From: the human T2T-CHM13v2.0 reference genome, Homo sapiens
Length of the DNA: 64,000 nt
Assembly (NCBI RefSeq): GCF_009914755.1
Contig: NC_060935.1
Reading direction: 5' to 3' (one strand)
Shown here one piece after another: positions 29,717-47,554 of this stretch; positions within the stretch are counted from its first letter, which is position 1, and each line of letters starts with the position of its first letter. A program made the translations under genes and the position numbers. The notes under the pieces were generated by a model. That model saw only the letters and a list, made by a program, of their open reading frames with translations, did not search any database and was not told where the DNA came from.

Positions 29717-31232
29717 CTATAGTAACCAAAACAGCGTGTATTGGTATTAAAACAGACACAAAAACAAAGGAAACAGACTAAAGAACCCAGAAATGAATCC
29801 ACATATTTACAGCTGGTTTTCAAGAAAGGTGTCAAGAACATACATTGAATAAAAGACACCCTCTTCATTAAATGGTGCCAGGAAAACTAGATATCCAAAC
29901 ACAGAAGAATAAAACTAGACCCTTATCTCTCATCACTTACAAAAATAAACTCAAAATCGATTAAAGACTTAAATGTAACAGCCACTATAAAACTACTAGA
30001 AGTAAACACAGGAGAAACGCTTCAGAACAAAGATTGTATGGCTAACACTAAAAAAGTACAAGCAACAAAAACAGACAAATGGGATTATATTAAATACCTT
30101 CTGCATATCAAAGAAAACAATCAACAGAGTGAAAAGACAACACCCCTCCCTTACACCATATACAAAAATTAACTCAAGACGGCCTACAGACTTAAATGTA
30201 AAACCCATAACTATAAAAACCCTGGAAGACAACCTAGGCAATACCATCCGGTACATAGTGATCGGCTAAGAGTTCATGGTGAAGATGCCAAACGCATTTG
30301 CCACAAAAGCAAAAATTGACAAATGGGATCTAATTAAATGAAAGAGCTTCTGCACAGCAAAAGAAACTATCAAAAAATAAACAGACATTTCTCAAAAGAG
30401 GATATACAAATCACCAAGTTTATGAAAAAATATTCAACATCACTAATCATCACGGAAATGCAAATCAAAACCACAGTGAGATATCATCTCACACTTGTTA
30501 GAATGGCTATTATTAAAAAGACAAAGCACAACAAATGCTGGCAAGCATGTGAAGAGAAGAAAATTATCGTATATTGTTGGTGGGAATGTAAATTAGTACA
30601 GCCATTATGAAAAAAAGTACAGAGATTTCTCAAAAAACTAAGAACAGATCTACCATATGATCCAGCAATCCCACTCCTGGGTATATATCCAAAAAAAAGG
30701 ATATCAGTCTATCAACGGGATATCTGTACCCCCATATATACTGCAGCACTATTTACAATAGCCAAGATATGGAATCAATCTAAGTGTCAATCAATGGATG
30801 AATGGATAAAGAAAATGGGAATATACGCACAATAGAATAGTATTCAGCCATAAAGAAGAATGAAATCCTGTCATTTTCAGCTAAATGGATGGAATTAAAG
30901 GTCATAAAGTTAGGTGAACTAGGCCATGCACAGAAAGAAAACTATTGCATGTTCTCACTTATATGAGCAGTTTATGCTCCTGGAAATCAAAGTGGGGGCC
31001 ATGTTTCAGGTCAGCAGGGTCAGGGATAGAGACCGCAGTTATGGACTTGTGTGCCCTGGAGCTATATAAAATTGATATCATGGAGATAAAGAGTAGAATG
31101 ATAGTTACCAGAGGCCGGGAATAGGAGGGGTTTGAAAAGAAGTTGATTAATGGGTATAAAAATATATAATAGAAGGAATAAGATCTAGTGTTCATTATCA
31201 CAGAAAGTGACTACAACAATTTGTTGTATGTA

Positions 31233-33416
<2,184 letters not shown>

Positions 33417-33997
33417 TAAATGGATTTATTGTATATTTCTAAATAGCAATAAGATTTGAAATATTCCCAACACAAAGAAATGATCAATGTTTGAGGTGAT
33501 TAATATCCTAAAGACCCTGATTTGATCATTACACATTGCATGCATGTGCCAGAATCTCACATGGACCCCACAAATGTGTACAATTATTCTCTATCAAAAA
33601 CATTTTTTTAAGAAACATGCAGGAATACACTGTACCTCTTCCTTGCTGTCTCTGGATATTGTCACATGAGGACTTGACATGCGGATTGTGGCAGCCTCTG
33701 TGACCAAGAGCAGAAGACAATAGCAGCATAGAAACCTCAAATGAAAAACCTAACATCTCAAGCTACTAATTTAGCCAACCTTGGCATCAGCTATCTCCGG
33801 TCTTAGTACATGAGGTGATAAGCCCCACTGTTCAAGTTGGGTGGCCATCAATTGCTGCACAATAGAAGTTAATGAGGCTTCTTCCTCCTGGAACCCCTAC
33901 TAGACCCTGACATACCCATTCAGTCACAGGCAGAAAGGGAAGCAGAGGGTAAGGAGACCTGGCTGGCTGTGCCAGATGCAGATCTTACCTGTCCTGC

Positions 33998-34452
33998 TTA
34001 GAACATTCAAAGCTCAATTGGTTAAACAAAAAAAGGAAAAAGACAGTAAGGAGTATAACACTCCCCAGATGCAACTTAATCTAACACTCTATACTTTAAA
34101 TTTTCTAAACATACATAGAAATCAGACCACTACTTCTGCAGAACATTTTACTGGTAAAAAGAACAGCCCACATGAGGGAAAACTGATTTGGTGGAAAGAC
34201 AACAAAAACAAAACATGGGAAATAGGTAAGGTGATAACATGGGGGAGAGGTTTTGCTCGTGTTTCACCAGGAGAAAATCAGCTTCCTGTTTGGATACCCA
34301 CTAGACGTTTGAAGTTCTACAATGAACCCATCAGAGATGCAAATGAAAGTGCCTCCGCAGAGACAGAAAACCCACAATCGAGCATCATCGACCCGCAGGG
34401 TGAACAAAATGGTGATATCAGAAGAACAGATAAAGTTACCATCCACCAAGAA
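33998..34452 (+). pseudogene. pol: HERV-K pol integrase C-terminal fragment overlapping the env/rec N-terminus
   Basis: Core of ORF 33976-34551 matches HML-2 integrase. Confidence 0.9.
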
Positions 34453-34892
34453 AACAGCACATGTGGAGAGCCAGGGAGAAGAATAGAAAGAAAAAGAGAC
34501 AGAGATCAGAGACAGACACAGAAAGTGAGATTGGGGAGAGAGATAGTGTAAAAGAGAGAGAGAGAGAGACCATAAGAGAAGGGAGACAAAGAGATAAAAG
34601 GTGCGAGTCAGCAGGTGAGGAGAAAGACTGAAAACTATGAGAAACAGCAACTAAGACACAAAGGAGGTGGGAGACTGCCCGGGTGCCGCAGCACCCACAC
34701 CGTCCTCTTGCCCCCTGTCACTTGGGTTAAAACCACCGGAAATTCCACTATTGCAAATTTTATATTAATCCTTGTATGTCTGACTTTTCTATTGTTAGTC
34801 TACAGGTGTATCCAGCAGCTCCAGAGAGACAGCGACCAGGGAGAAGGGGCCATGATGATGGTGGTGGTTTTGTCAAAACGAAAAGGGGGATA

Positions 34893-35913
34893 TGTAGGGG
34901 AAAGAAAGAGAGATCAGACTGTTACTGTGTCTACATAGAAAGGGAAGACATAAGAGACTCCATTTTGAAAAAGATCTGTACTTTAAGCAATTGCTTTGCT
35001 GAGATGTTGTTAATCTGTAGCTTTGCCCCAGCCACTTTGCCCCAACCACTTTGACCCAACCTGGAGCTGAAAAAACATGTGTCGTATGAAATCAAGGTTT
35101 AAGGGATGTAGGGCTGTGCAGGACATGCCTTGTTAACAAGATGTTTCCAAGCAGTATACTTGGTAAAAGTCATCGCCATTCTCTAGTCTCAATAAACCAG
35201 GGGCACAATGCACTATGGAAAGCCGCAAGGAGCCCTGCCCTTGAAAGCTGGGTATTGTCCAAGGTTTCTCCCCATGTGATAGTCTGAAAAGTGGCCTCGT
35301 GGGATGAGAAAGACCTGACGGTCCCCCAGCCCGACACCCATAAAGGGTCTGTGCTGAGGTGGATTAGTCAAAGCGGAAAGCCTCTTGCAGTTGAGAGAGA
35401 GGAAGGCCGCTGTCTCCTGCCTGCCCCTGGGAACTGAATGTCTCGGTATAAAACCCGATTGTACATTTGTTCAATTCTGAGATGGGGGAAAAACCGCCCT
35501 ATGGTGGGAGGTGAGACATGTTTGCAGCAATGCTGCCTTGTTATTCTTTACTCCACTGAGATGTTTGGGTGGAGAGAAACATCAATCTGGCTTACGTGCA
35601 TGTCCAGTCTTAGTACCTTCCCTTGAACTTCATTATGACATAGATTCTATTGCTCACATGTTTGTTGCTGACCTTCTCCTTATTATCACCCTGCCCTCCT
35701 ACTACATTCCTTTTTGCTGAAATAATGAAGATAATAATCAATAAAAACTGAGGGAAATCAGAGACCGGTGCCAGTGCAGGTCCTTGGTATGCTGAGCGCC
35801 GGTCCCCTGGGCTCACTGTTGTTTCTCTATACTTTGTGTCTTATTTCTTTTTTGTCTCTCATCCCACCTGACTAGAAATACCCACAGGTGTGGAGGGGCA
35901 GGCCACCCCTTCA
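34893..35913 (+). mobile_element. HML-2 3' LTR (LTR5A-like, 1021 bp)
   Basis: TGTAGGGGAAAGAAAGAGAGATCAGA...GGCCACCCCTTCA termini, repeated ctttgccc motif, TATAAAA and AATAAA signals. Confidence 0.93.
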
Positions 35914-37837
35914 TTATGAGATTACAGGCATGAATAACCCCACCTGGCCACCTAACTCACTCTTGAGAGGCCAGAAGTGATGCTGGAATTTTCTTCCTCT
36001 GTGGTTTAAAAAGGGAAAATTAGGGAGAACACAAGGCATGAGCGATGCAGCGATGGATATGTCTATATGGAGCTTCTGTCTGCATCCAGTAGAAAATGCA
36101 TTTCTAGGCATCAGGTTTAAGAGCGAAAACCTGGAGTCTTGTCTGTTAGCATTCTCCTTCCCCACAAACCAGAGAGGGAATACATTTTGCTCCAGCACAT
36201 CCGGATGTAGGAAATGTCACATTCCTATTTCTGTAACTTCACTTAAATCTGCTCTGAGTCCCTGGATGCCTGGCAGGTGGAGAATTCAATCTTGTCGTTA
36301 CCAGCATTGCTTTCCCTTCTCCATGGGCTTATGTAAGAATTCTGGGCTTACACACTGTTGGAAAGCCAGGTAGGAACTACTTCCCCCGAACTCTCCATTC
36401 TTCCAGCTGCTCATGATCCATCAGCCTTTTTTGGGCCATCTGCTATAACAAGACCCTCCTCACAGCATCATTCCACTGACCCACAGGCTCAGCCCCAGGG
36501 ACCCTCACTGTAACAGGTCTCCACTATGCATAGGAACTCACAAAAACCTTCTCTTCATCTTGGCTTCCTCTGATATCCAGCCACTCCCCTCTTCTCACCT
36601 TAAACACAGATGGCAGCTCCTTCCCATCATTCCAACCCTTGGGGATTGTCCAGCCAAATTCTCTTCAGACACCAAAGCTTCACCCACCCTCTTCATGGAG
36701 ATGATGCAAGGGCATCTGAGATCTTTGGAAGCCCAATTCTGGCCTCTCTTTGGGGTGGGCTGAGAGTGGGAACTAGACTCTCTTTTCCAAGTGCCATGTT
36801 TATCTTGTTCATCATTATATTATCTCCAATGCCTGGCACATAGTAGGCACTACAGACTGACACATAGTAGGTGCTATTAGTGTCTGTATAATGGGACTCT
36901 TGAGGTCGAAGCTATTAGCAGAAACCTACCAAGCAAAAGGATGGAAAACCGACCACCAAAAAAAAAAAAAAAAAAAAAAAAAATGAAAACAATCATGGCT
37001 TTGAGCTCTAAACACACAAGGCACCAGCCCAAGTTTGGGCAATTTTAATACAACAGCCATTTTGCCTCCAAACAAACTGGCACTGGAAACCTCCGTCTGC
37101 CTCTTAAAGAGAACCAGTTTCTCTTTCTCTAAGTGGGCAGCATTTCTCCCCGGTGACAGTACCCAGCCCACTGCCACCAGCAAAGGACTGCAGCCAGGAG
37201 CCAAGAGCTTGATAGTTTAAAGAATATATTTTATAGGGAAAAACAAAGTAACATCCACATAAATCTGGAAGTACCACCACTTTCCAGAGGCCGAATCCCA
37301 TTTGTGGAGTCTCTTGCGTGTCAAGCACCTTGCAGTCACCTCAACTACATACTTTTGGGATTCGTTGCAGAGACGAGTGAAGGTTATCTGCAAAACAAAG
37401 GAACTAGGGCTCAGAATTCCCCGAGCAATCCATGACAGAGGAGGTGAGTAGAAAAGGGAAGGGTGAAGTCAAAGAGAGAATTCAGTGAATTGGCCAACAC
37501 CAAGCAAGGATCATGGGACCCTCTCCATGGCTCCACGTCTCAAATGAAGTCAATAAAACCCATCAATGCTTGGTGTAAGTGTTGTATGCTCCCGGAAATG
37601 AAAGCAGGGGCCACATTTCAGGTCAGCAGGGTCGGGGGTAGAGGCAAAGGTCATGGACTTGTGGGCCCTGGAGGATGGGATGATTCTGAGACATTGAATC
37701 CCTACACTGATCTCAGTAGAAATCTCAGGTAGGGCTTCAACATTCGTGGCCCAAGGACTCTGTGTGCCTGAGAGCAAAAGCCTTGGTGCATGTCCCGGCT
37801 CCATCAATCCCAACTGGGGCTTTGAACAAGTTACTTA

Positions 37838-38516
37838 TTTTTTTAACTAACGTTATTTTAATTGACAAATCATAATTGTACACATTTATGTGATGTTTTG
37901 ATATGTGTATACAATGTGGGATGATTAGATCAAACTAATTAACATGTCCATCCACTAATTTACTGACAATTTTTATGATGAGACATTTGAAATGTAGTCT
38001 CTTAGTTATTTTGAAAGATACATTATTATTGACTATAGTCACGCTGCTGTGCTATAGATTTCAAAACACATAATCCAGCAACCCAACTTCTGGGTATAGA
38101 CAAAAAAAAATCGAAATCAATATGTCGAAGGGATCCCTACATTCCTATGTTCACTGCAGCACTATTCACAATACCCAAGATATAGAATCAACCTAAGTGT
38201 CCATCAGTGGATGAAAGGATAAAGAAAATGTACTATATACACACAACGGAATACTATTAACTCTTAAAAAAGAAAGAAATCCTGTCATTTTCAACAACAT
38301 AGATGAACTTGAAAGACATTGTGTTAAGTGAAATAAGCCAGGCACAGAAAGACAGATACTGCATGATTTTATTATATGTGGAATCTAAAGAAGTTGAACT
38401 CACAGAAATAGAGAGTAGGACAGTGGTTATCAGGGGCTGGGGTGGAGGAAAGGTAGGGGATAGGAGACACTGCTCAAAGGGTACAAAGTTTCCAATACGA
38501 AGAATAAGTTTTGAAC
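37838..38516 (-). mobile_element. L1MA-type 3' fragment with a 5' inversion, inserted in a MIR
   Basis: Minus-strand terminal segment 37838-38068 plus an inverted segment 38070-38516. TSD TTTGAACAAG(T/C)TA. Confidence 0.8.
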
Positions 38517-38814
38517 AAGCTAAACTCCTCTGAAAGCTCAGTTCCTCATCTGTAGAGCGGGGACACATCATTAACCTTCTAAGGATGTTGCTGTGAGAGT
38601 AAGAGATGATGTTCAGCACAATACCTAATGCACAGTCAGGTCTTCTTAAGCTTGAACCTGCATCGCCATGACCTCTACATCACAGGACAGAAAGGCTCAC
38701 AGCCAGTGTCTCAGTTCCCAGTGAAAAGTGGATCCCAGACCAGGCTGAATAGCAGGATCCCTAGGGGATACTCCACCCTACTGAGTCAGAATCACCGGAG
38801 GTAGAGCCTGGGTA

Positions 38815-40363
<1,549 letters not shown>

Positions 40364-40389
40364 GGAATCTATTTTTAAAGCCAATCAAG

Positions 40390-41442
<1,053 letters not shown>

Positions 41443-42008
41443 CCCAACATGGGCTCTTTTAATCTATGGAAAATGAACTATGGGTACTTGGCAAGAACAA
41501 AGAGGGAGAGAGGAAGAAATGGTGCCATGAGGGCACATTGATTGGTCTCTAGTACACATGGCTCCTACTGCAAATGGTCTCTAAATGACTTCATCAGTTG
41601 CTCATAAAAAAAATCACCCTCTGCTCCAATCGTGGAGGAAGAAGTATGGATTGGACCTGGTGAGCCACGGTAAGACTGACTGCTAAACTTTATGAATGAT
41701 GAGGGGATTTGCACGTATAATCTTGACTGTACTAGATTTTTTATTTTATCCACTGTCTTTGAAAACCTAACTCTTGACTAAGAACTGACTTTCCTGTACT
41801 TGCTTTTGACTCTAAGTAAATTTCCAATTCCTCATAGTCCAAAGATGATGTTTTGAGAAATCTCTCAAAGGAAAAATGCTAATACAGGAAGAGTTATGCG
41901 GCAAATTTTGCAGAATTTACACAAACTGTACTTGTAGGTACGAAGCACAAAACATTTTCATGAGTAAAGAAAAAAGTGCTGTTCATTCTAGTAGAGGCTG
42001 CAGGATGA

Positions 42009-42454
<446 letters not shown>

Positions 42455-42588
42455 TAAATAGGAGACAGATAGAAAGTGGGAACTCTGGAAGTAGAGAAGA
42501 TTCCAGAAATTGTGCATATTTCCCAGAGACTGGCCAAATTCCTCAGTCCTGCCAGAGTTTCTCTATCTCAACTCAAACCTTACGTGTG

Positions 42589-42879
42589 GGCCCAGACACA
42601 GTGGCTCACACCTGTAATCCCAACACTTTAGGAGGCTGAGGTGGGCAGATCACTAGAGGCCAGGAGTTTGATACCAGCCTGGCCAACATGGTGAAACCTT
42701 GTCTCTACTAAAAATACAAAAATTAGCCAGGCATGGTGGTGTGCACCTGTAGTCCCAGCTACTCACGGGGCTGAGGCACAGCATTGCTTGAACCCAGGAG
42801 GTGGAGTTTGCAGTAAGTCACGATTATGGCACTGTACTCTAGCCTGGGCAATAAAGCAAGACTGTCTCAAAAGAAAAAA
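42589..42879 (+). mobile_element. AluS-like
   Basis: Full Alu. Confidence 0.9.
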
Positions 42880-43319
42880 ATACCCTTATATGTGGGCCTT
42901 GTTACAGAATTAATGTTTATATGGACAATATGTACATGGGTGTATGTTAAGAGCATGAGTCATCCACAAGATTTTAGCAAAGTCCATTTAGAAAGCTCAA
43001 TGCTTTGGGCTTCCACTTGCCTTGCTGCCTGTGTCCTCAGAAGGAGGCTTCATCCTTCCATGTAACCAGCAAATCCTTTATGCAGAGATGTACACAACAC
43101 ACTCCTATCCTTGGCTATAACACCTTGAAAGGTTCCTCTTGGTGGCCCCTGGTGCTCATTTCAGAGTAGTTCAAATTAAGGTGATCAGCTTTCATGCCAA
43201 TCACTCTACAAATCACTCCTATTATGACCAATTTTTCTAAATGCTTTATTGAATTATTACTTAAAGAAATGTGCACGTAGAAGAGGTCAACACTACTTTT
43301 CTTACAAACTGAACATACT

Positions 43320-43644
<325 letters not shown>

Positions 43645-43779
43645 TTACCGACACCCAATTCAAGAAACAGAACATTACAGCCCCTTCCAGGATATTCCTG
43701 GGGTCTCTTCCATCTCTACTAACCCCTGACTACAAACAGCCTCCACCTATTTCACCTGACATTGTACTTTATGAAAGCA

Positions 43780-43998
43780 GCAGTTCTCAGATGGGGCTAT
43801 TTTGCCTCCTGGGGACATTAGGCAATATCTGGAGACACTGGGGGTTGTCTCTACTTGGGGGGAGTTGTGTTACTGCATCCAGTGAGTCCAGGGATCCAGG
43901 GATGTCGCTCAACATCCTAAAATGCATAGGGAACCCCCACACATACAACAGAGAAATTGCTGAGCCGAAATGTCAGCAGCGTCACAGCTGACACCCTG
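43780..43998. mobile_element. MER20 hAT MITE
   Basis: cagttctca...ggggacatt.ggcaat.tctggagaca...gggatg.cgct.aacatcct.aaatgcatagg. Confidence 0.8.
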
Positions 43999-45144
43999 AC
44001 ATACACACAATCACACAGTATCTGCTCTTTCGTGCTCAGGATTTCTGTCATTCTAATCATTTCATAGGAAACAGAAATGTCATTTGGAGGTAGGTAGAGT
44101 CCAAAACAAAGAAGATTCAGAGTTTTGTTTTTAATCAGCCTGGTGCCTTTAGAGCTAGGATTTAGTTTCCATTCTTTTTGTCTCATTTTCAAGTGATTTT
44201 TCTTCAACTGGCATCTGCTGGGCTCAAGACCCGGAGATCCCCACAAAGCTGAGATTCACATGGGAATTTTGTATACACCCACACAGCTATACACTGCCAT
44301 TTACATGCAGACATCCACCCACAGATACACACATCCGGAGACCAAGACAGAAAGCAAACTCCACCATAAAAGCACGGTTCCCCGAACAGGAGAAACGCAC
44401 CATTCACTCAAGGGAGGTACCTATTTGTTTAATTCAGCCTGTGATAGGCTGTTGCCAAGCCCAGCTCTGAAAGTCTTCCCCTCTAGGAAAAGAGATGGAT
44501 TTTTTCTTTACTCAAGAATATAGATCTAAAAAAAACAAACACTTCTGCATCTCAAAGCAGGCTCTACCTCCTGAGCTACACATATTGATCAGCATTTTAT
44601 TGTCAATTTTCTTTTATTTGAACTGGATAAAAATATAACCTAATTGTGTTCTTACTGACAGTTTGGAATCAGTCACACTAAATCCAATTCTCTGGGTTCT
44701 CATGGTTAAGGTGTTTAATTTGGGGGACAACAAAGCAAAAGCATTGGTCATGTTTTAATATAATTAGTACAGGATATATCTAAGGGGTTCAAGTATCACT
44801 GTAGCAAGAAGCTCATTCTGCAGTAAAAGGGGGATTCTGCCACTAGGATTGAGTGAGGGTGATTCATGGCTGCACCGTTTCATCAATGTCTCTTCAAGAG
44901 TCCATGGAATGTGGAATGGGAAAGACTGAAATAGTCCAAGTCTTGGCTAAGCTTCTATTAAGGGGTGTTAGGAGCTGATAAAATAACCTGGTCTTTATAG
45001 ACATCCCACACTGTAGTTCTGTAAGCTACAGATTCTCAGATTTTTCTATTTTATAAACCAGTAAAAATATTTTATTAATTTGAGAACCAACATAAGGTTG
45101 CTACTTTATTTTCTTTTTGGTAAGAAGGAACTTTTTTAAACTAC

Positions 45145-45150
<6 letters not shown>

Positions 45151-45197
<47 letters not shown>

Positions 45198-45200
45198 ACA
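45151..45200. repeat. (CA)n microsatellite
   Basis: About 25 units with one TA interruption. Confidence 0.97.
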
Positions 45201-45215
45201 GAAATTCCACCATGA

Positions 45216-45550
45216 TTGGTCAGAATAGGTGAGGTTTTGCTGCAATAACAAACAACTCCTAAATCTTGGTAACTTCAAACATCAGTAGTTGTTTTTCTCA
45301 CTCATGCTACATCTGCAGGGAGGTGTGGGGTGCTCTGTTTTCCATCAAACTTGCCCTAAGACTAAGGCTAATGGGGGCTGCATTACCTCGAGTATCACCA
45401 AGCAGGGAACAGCGGGACAAGAATGCTAGAGAGCCTTGTACTAAGAATTAAATGCTCCAGGCTAGAAGTCTCACACTGCACCTCTGCCCCCAGCCTCTTG
45501 GCCAGTACTAGCAACATCCCCTTCCCCACCACAGGGCAATGCATGAAGAC
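45216..45550. mobile_element. LTR33-like fragment
   Basis: ggtcagaatagg...tgctgcaataacaaacaactcctaaatct motif. Confidence 0.5.
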
Positions 45551-46871
45551 AGGAGAATTTGATACATTACAAATTTCTACCCCATGGCATTTCATAAAAG
45601 AGAAAAAAATGCAAATACAAAAATGTTTTAATAGAATAGAATATATACATTTTTGGAATAAAGAACAATCCTCCAAAAAGGACAGCTGGTGGTCTTTCAC
45701 CAATGGGCACATTTCTGTGACATTTTCTCTGTTTTTCCATTTTATCCTTGACCTATGAACATTTTATACAGATGGTCCAAAGAACACCATGTGGGGACCA
45801 CTGCTCTAATCAGGTGATGAAAACGGCCCCAAGAACAGAGCACAGTCTCTTTAGCAAAGACCCAGCAGGGCCAGGGTGACCATGTTCTCACCATCAACGT
45901 GCAGACATCCACCTGCAGCATCCTCACATCCCAACATCAAACAGTGGCTCTTTATAGCTTGATTCTAATGCCCTTTGATCTTCATAATCATTGTAAAGTT
46001 CTCTGGCCCCAAGATCTAACATCGCCACTCTAGCTACATCCTGCAACTGTTCATCTCTCCTGCCTCCTCATCCCTCTAAACTTCTCTTCACAACCTCATG
46101 TTTCCTTCTTGCTTTACCTTCCTGCTCAGCCTGGACCTTACAGTCACCTTCTTCTTGTAATGTGCTCCTGAACTCGTTCTTCCCTGCCTTCAACCACACC
46201 CACCTGGAAAATCTCCATACCCCATTGATGACTTGCCTCGCAACTGCCCAAGGGCTGCTGAATGATACTGGAAAGAATCACAACATGGATCTGGTAGTTC
46301 CACTAAATAATCTCACCATCCAACTCTAGGATAGACTTCACTTCTGTTCAGCAATATTTTTAAGCATCACAAATAAATTCCAAACCATATTTGCTAGAAC
46401 AACTGACTTTAAACCTCTTACATATCTCAAAGCCCCCCAAACCCATCCCTAGGGATTTCAGAGCCCAGAGTTGAGTTCTCTCAACTCACTTCCATCTCAC
46501 CCCTAGATCACTGTACCTTGACCCTCTTCCTCTGCCTTTCCCATGTTATAAGGAGAAGCATCCTTCTCCTTTCCCAAGCTACCTTCTCCACTTGTGCCTC
46601 ATTTGAGACCTCCCTTTATCACCCGTTCCCTTGGAACTCCCATGACTCACCACCTTCACTTGTCATTTCACTCATAAATATTTTGCACCATGTATGTGCC
46701 AGGCGTTTAACATAGAATCATGCTTAAGTCTCTACATGCTAACAAGAAAAACCTTGATTATCCCTGCTATGCCCTCAAGTCATTACCTTCCCCGCTCCTT
46801 TCCTGTGTTCCCAAACTTTGTTGATCTTCATCAATCCCTCTGATGCAGATGGCTCCGAAGTTTGCACCCTA

Positions 46872-46951
46872 TTAGGTTGGTGCAAAAGTAATTGCGGATT
46901 TTGCCATTAAAAGTAATGGCAAAAATAGCAATTATTTTTGTACCAGCCTAG
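46872..46951. mobile_element. MADE1 (Hsmar1 MITE), 80 bp
   Basis: TTAGGTTGGTGCAAAAGTAATTGCGG...GCAATTATTTTTGTACCAGCCTAG inverted repeats flanked by a TA TSD, within L2-like sequence. Confidence 0.95.
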
Positions 46952-47118
46952 TAAATTTTCTCCTTCTACCAAACTTTGTCCCTGAGCCATCTCATCACCT
47001 ATAACTACCTCCTCCATGCAGTTGATTCCCAGATCTCTATTATTCTACTGAAAGTCCGTTCCCCAACTTTCTCGGCTAGGATAACAGAAGCCCAATTAGA
47101 ATTCATGATACCAGTTTC

Positions 47119-47165
47119 CCACCACCACCACCACCACCACCACCACCACCACCACCACCACCACC
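47119..47165. repeat. (CCA)n trinucleotide repeat
   Basis: About 15 pure units. Confidence 0.97.
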
Positions 47166-47554
47166 GTCGCCCTGCCATTGTTAGCAAAACCATCTCTTGA
47201 GTGGAGCTCAAAGATTTGTAATCTCCCACTCCCCAGAAAGATAACTTCAGACTCAGCCTAGAAGTAAAGTTCCTCCAGATATGGCCTCAACTACCCTCCA
47301 ACCCATGTCCCCAGTGCATTCCTTTGATGCCCCCTTCAGTGGAGTTAAAATGGAGTGAGTGTTTTTCTTTTCACATACTCCTGGTGTTCTTCCATGAATA
47401 CAATTTTCACCTCTTGAATATTTTCAATAATTCTCCATGCTACACACAGTGAAATTCAAGCTCCCCATCAGGACCCCAGTCTTCCCAAATGCTCTTTGCA
47501 CTTTTCTGTCTCCATGCTTTCCCTTGGGTCATCCTCTTCTCTAATATAACCTTG

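Larger units (their letters stand above)
33998..35913 (+). mobile_element. 5'-deleted HERV-K(HML-2) provirus remnant: IN C-terminus, disrupted env, PPT and 3' LTR
   Basis: [40 protein letters not shown] (IN), MNPSEMQ (env/rec start, 34322), [29 protein letters not shown] (TM tail), PPT at 34875-34892. Confidence 0.95.

Noticed and set aside
33976-34551. 191-aa ORF as a functional integrase
   Set aside because: It lacks the HHCC domain and most of the DDE core, and it starts in flanking non-viral DNA.
46976-47229. Poly-His and poly-Trp ORFs
   Set aside because: They are translations of a (CCA)n microsatellite.
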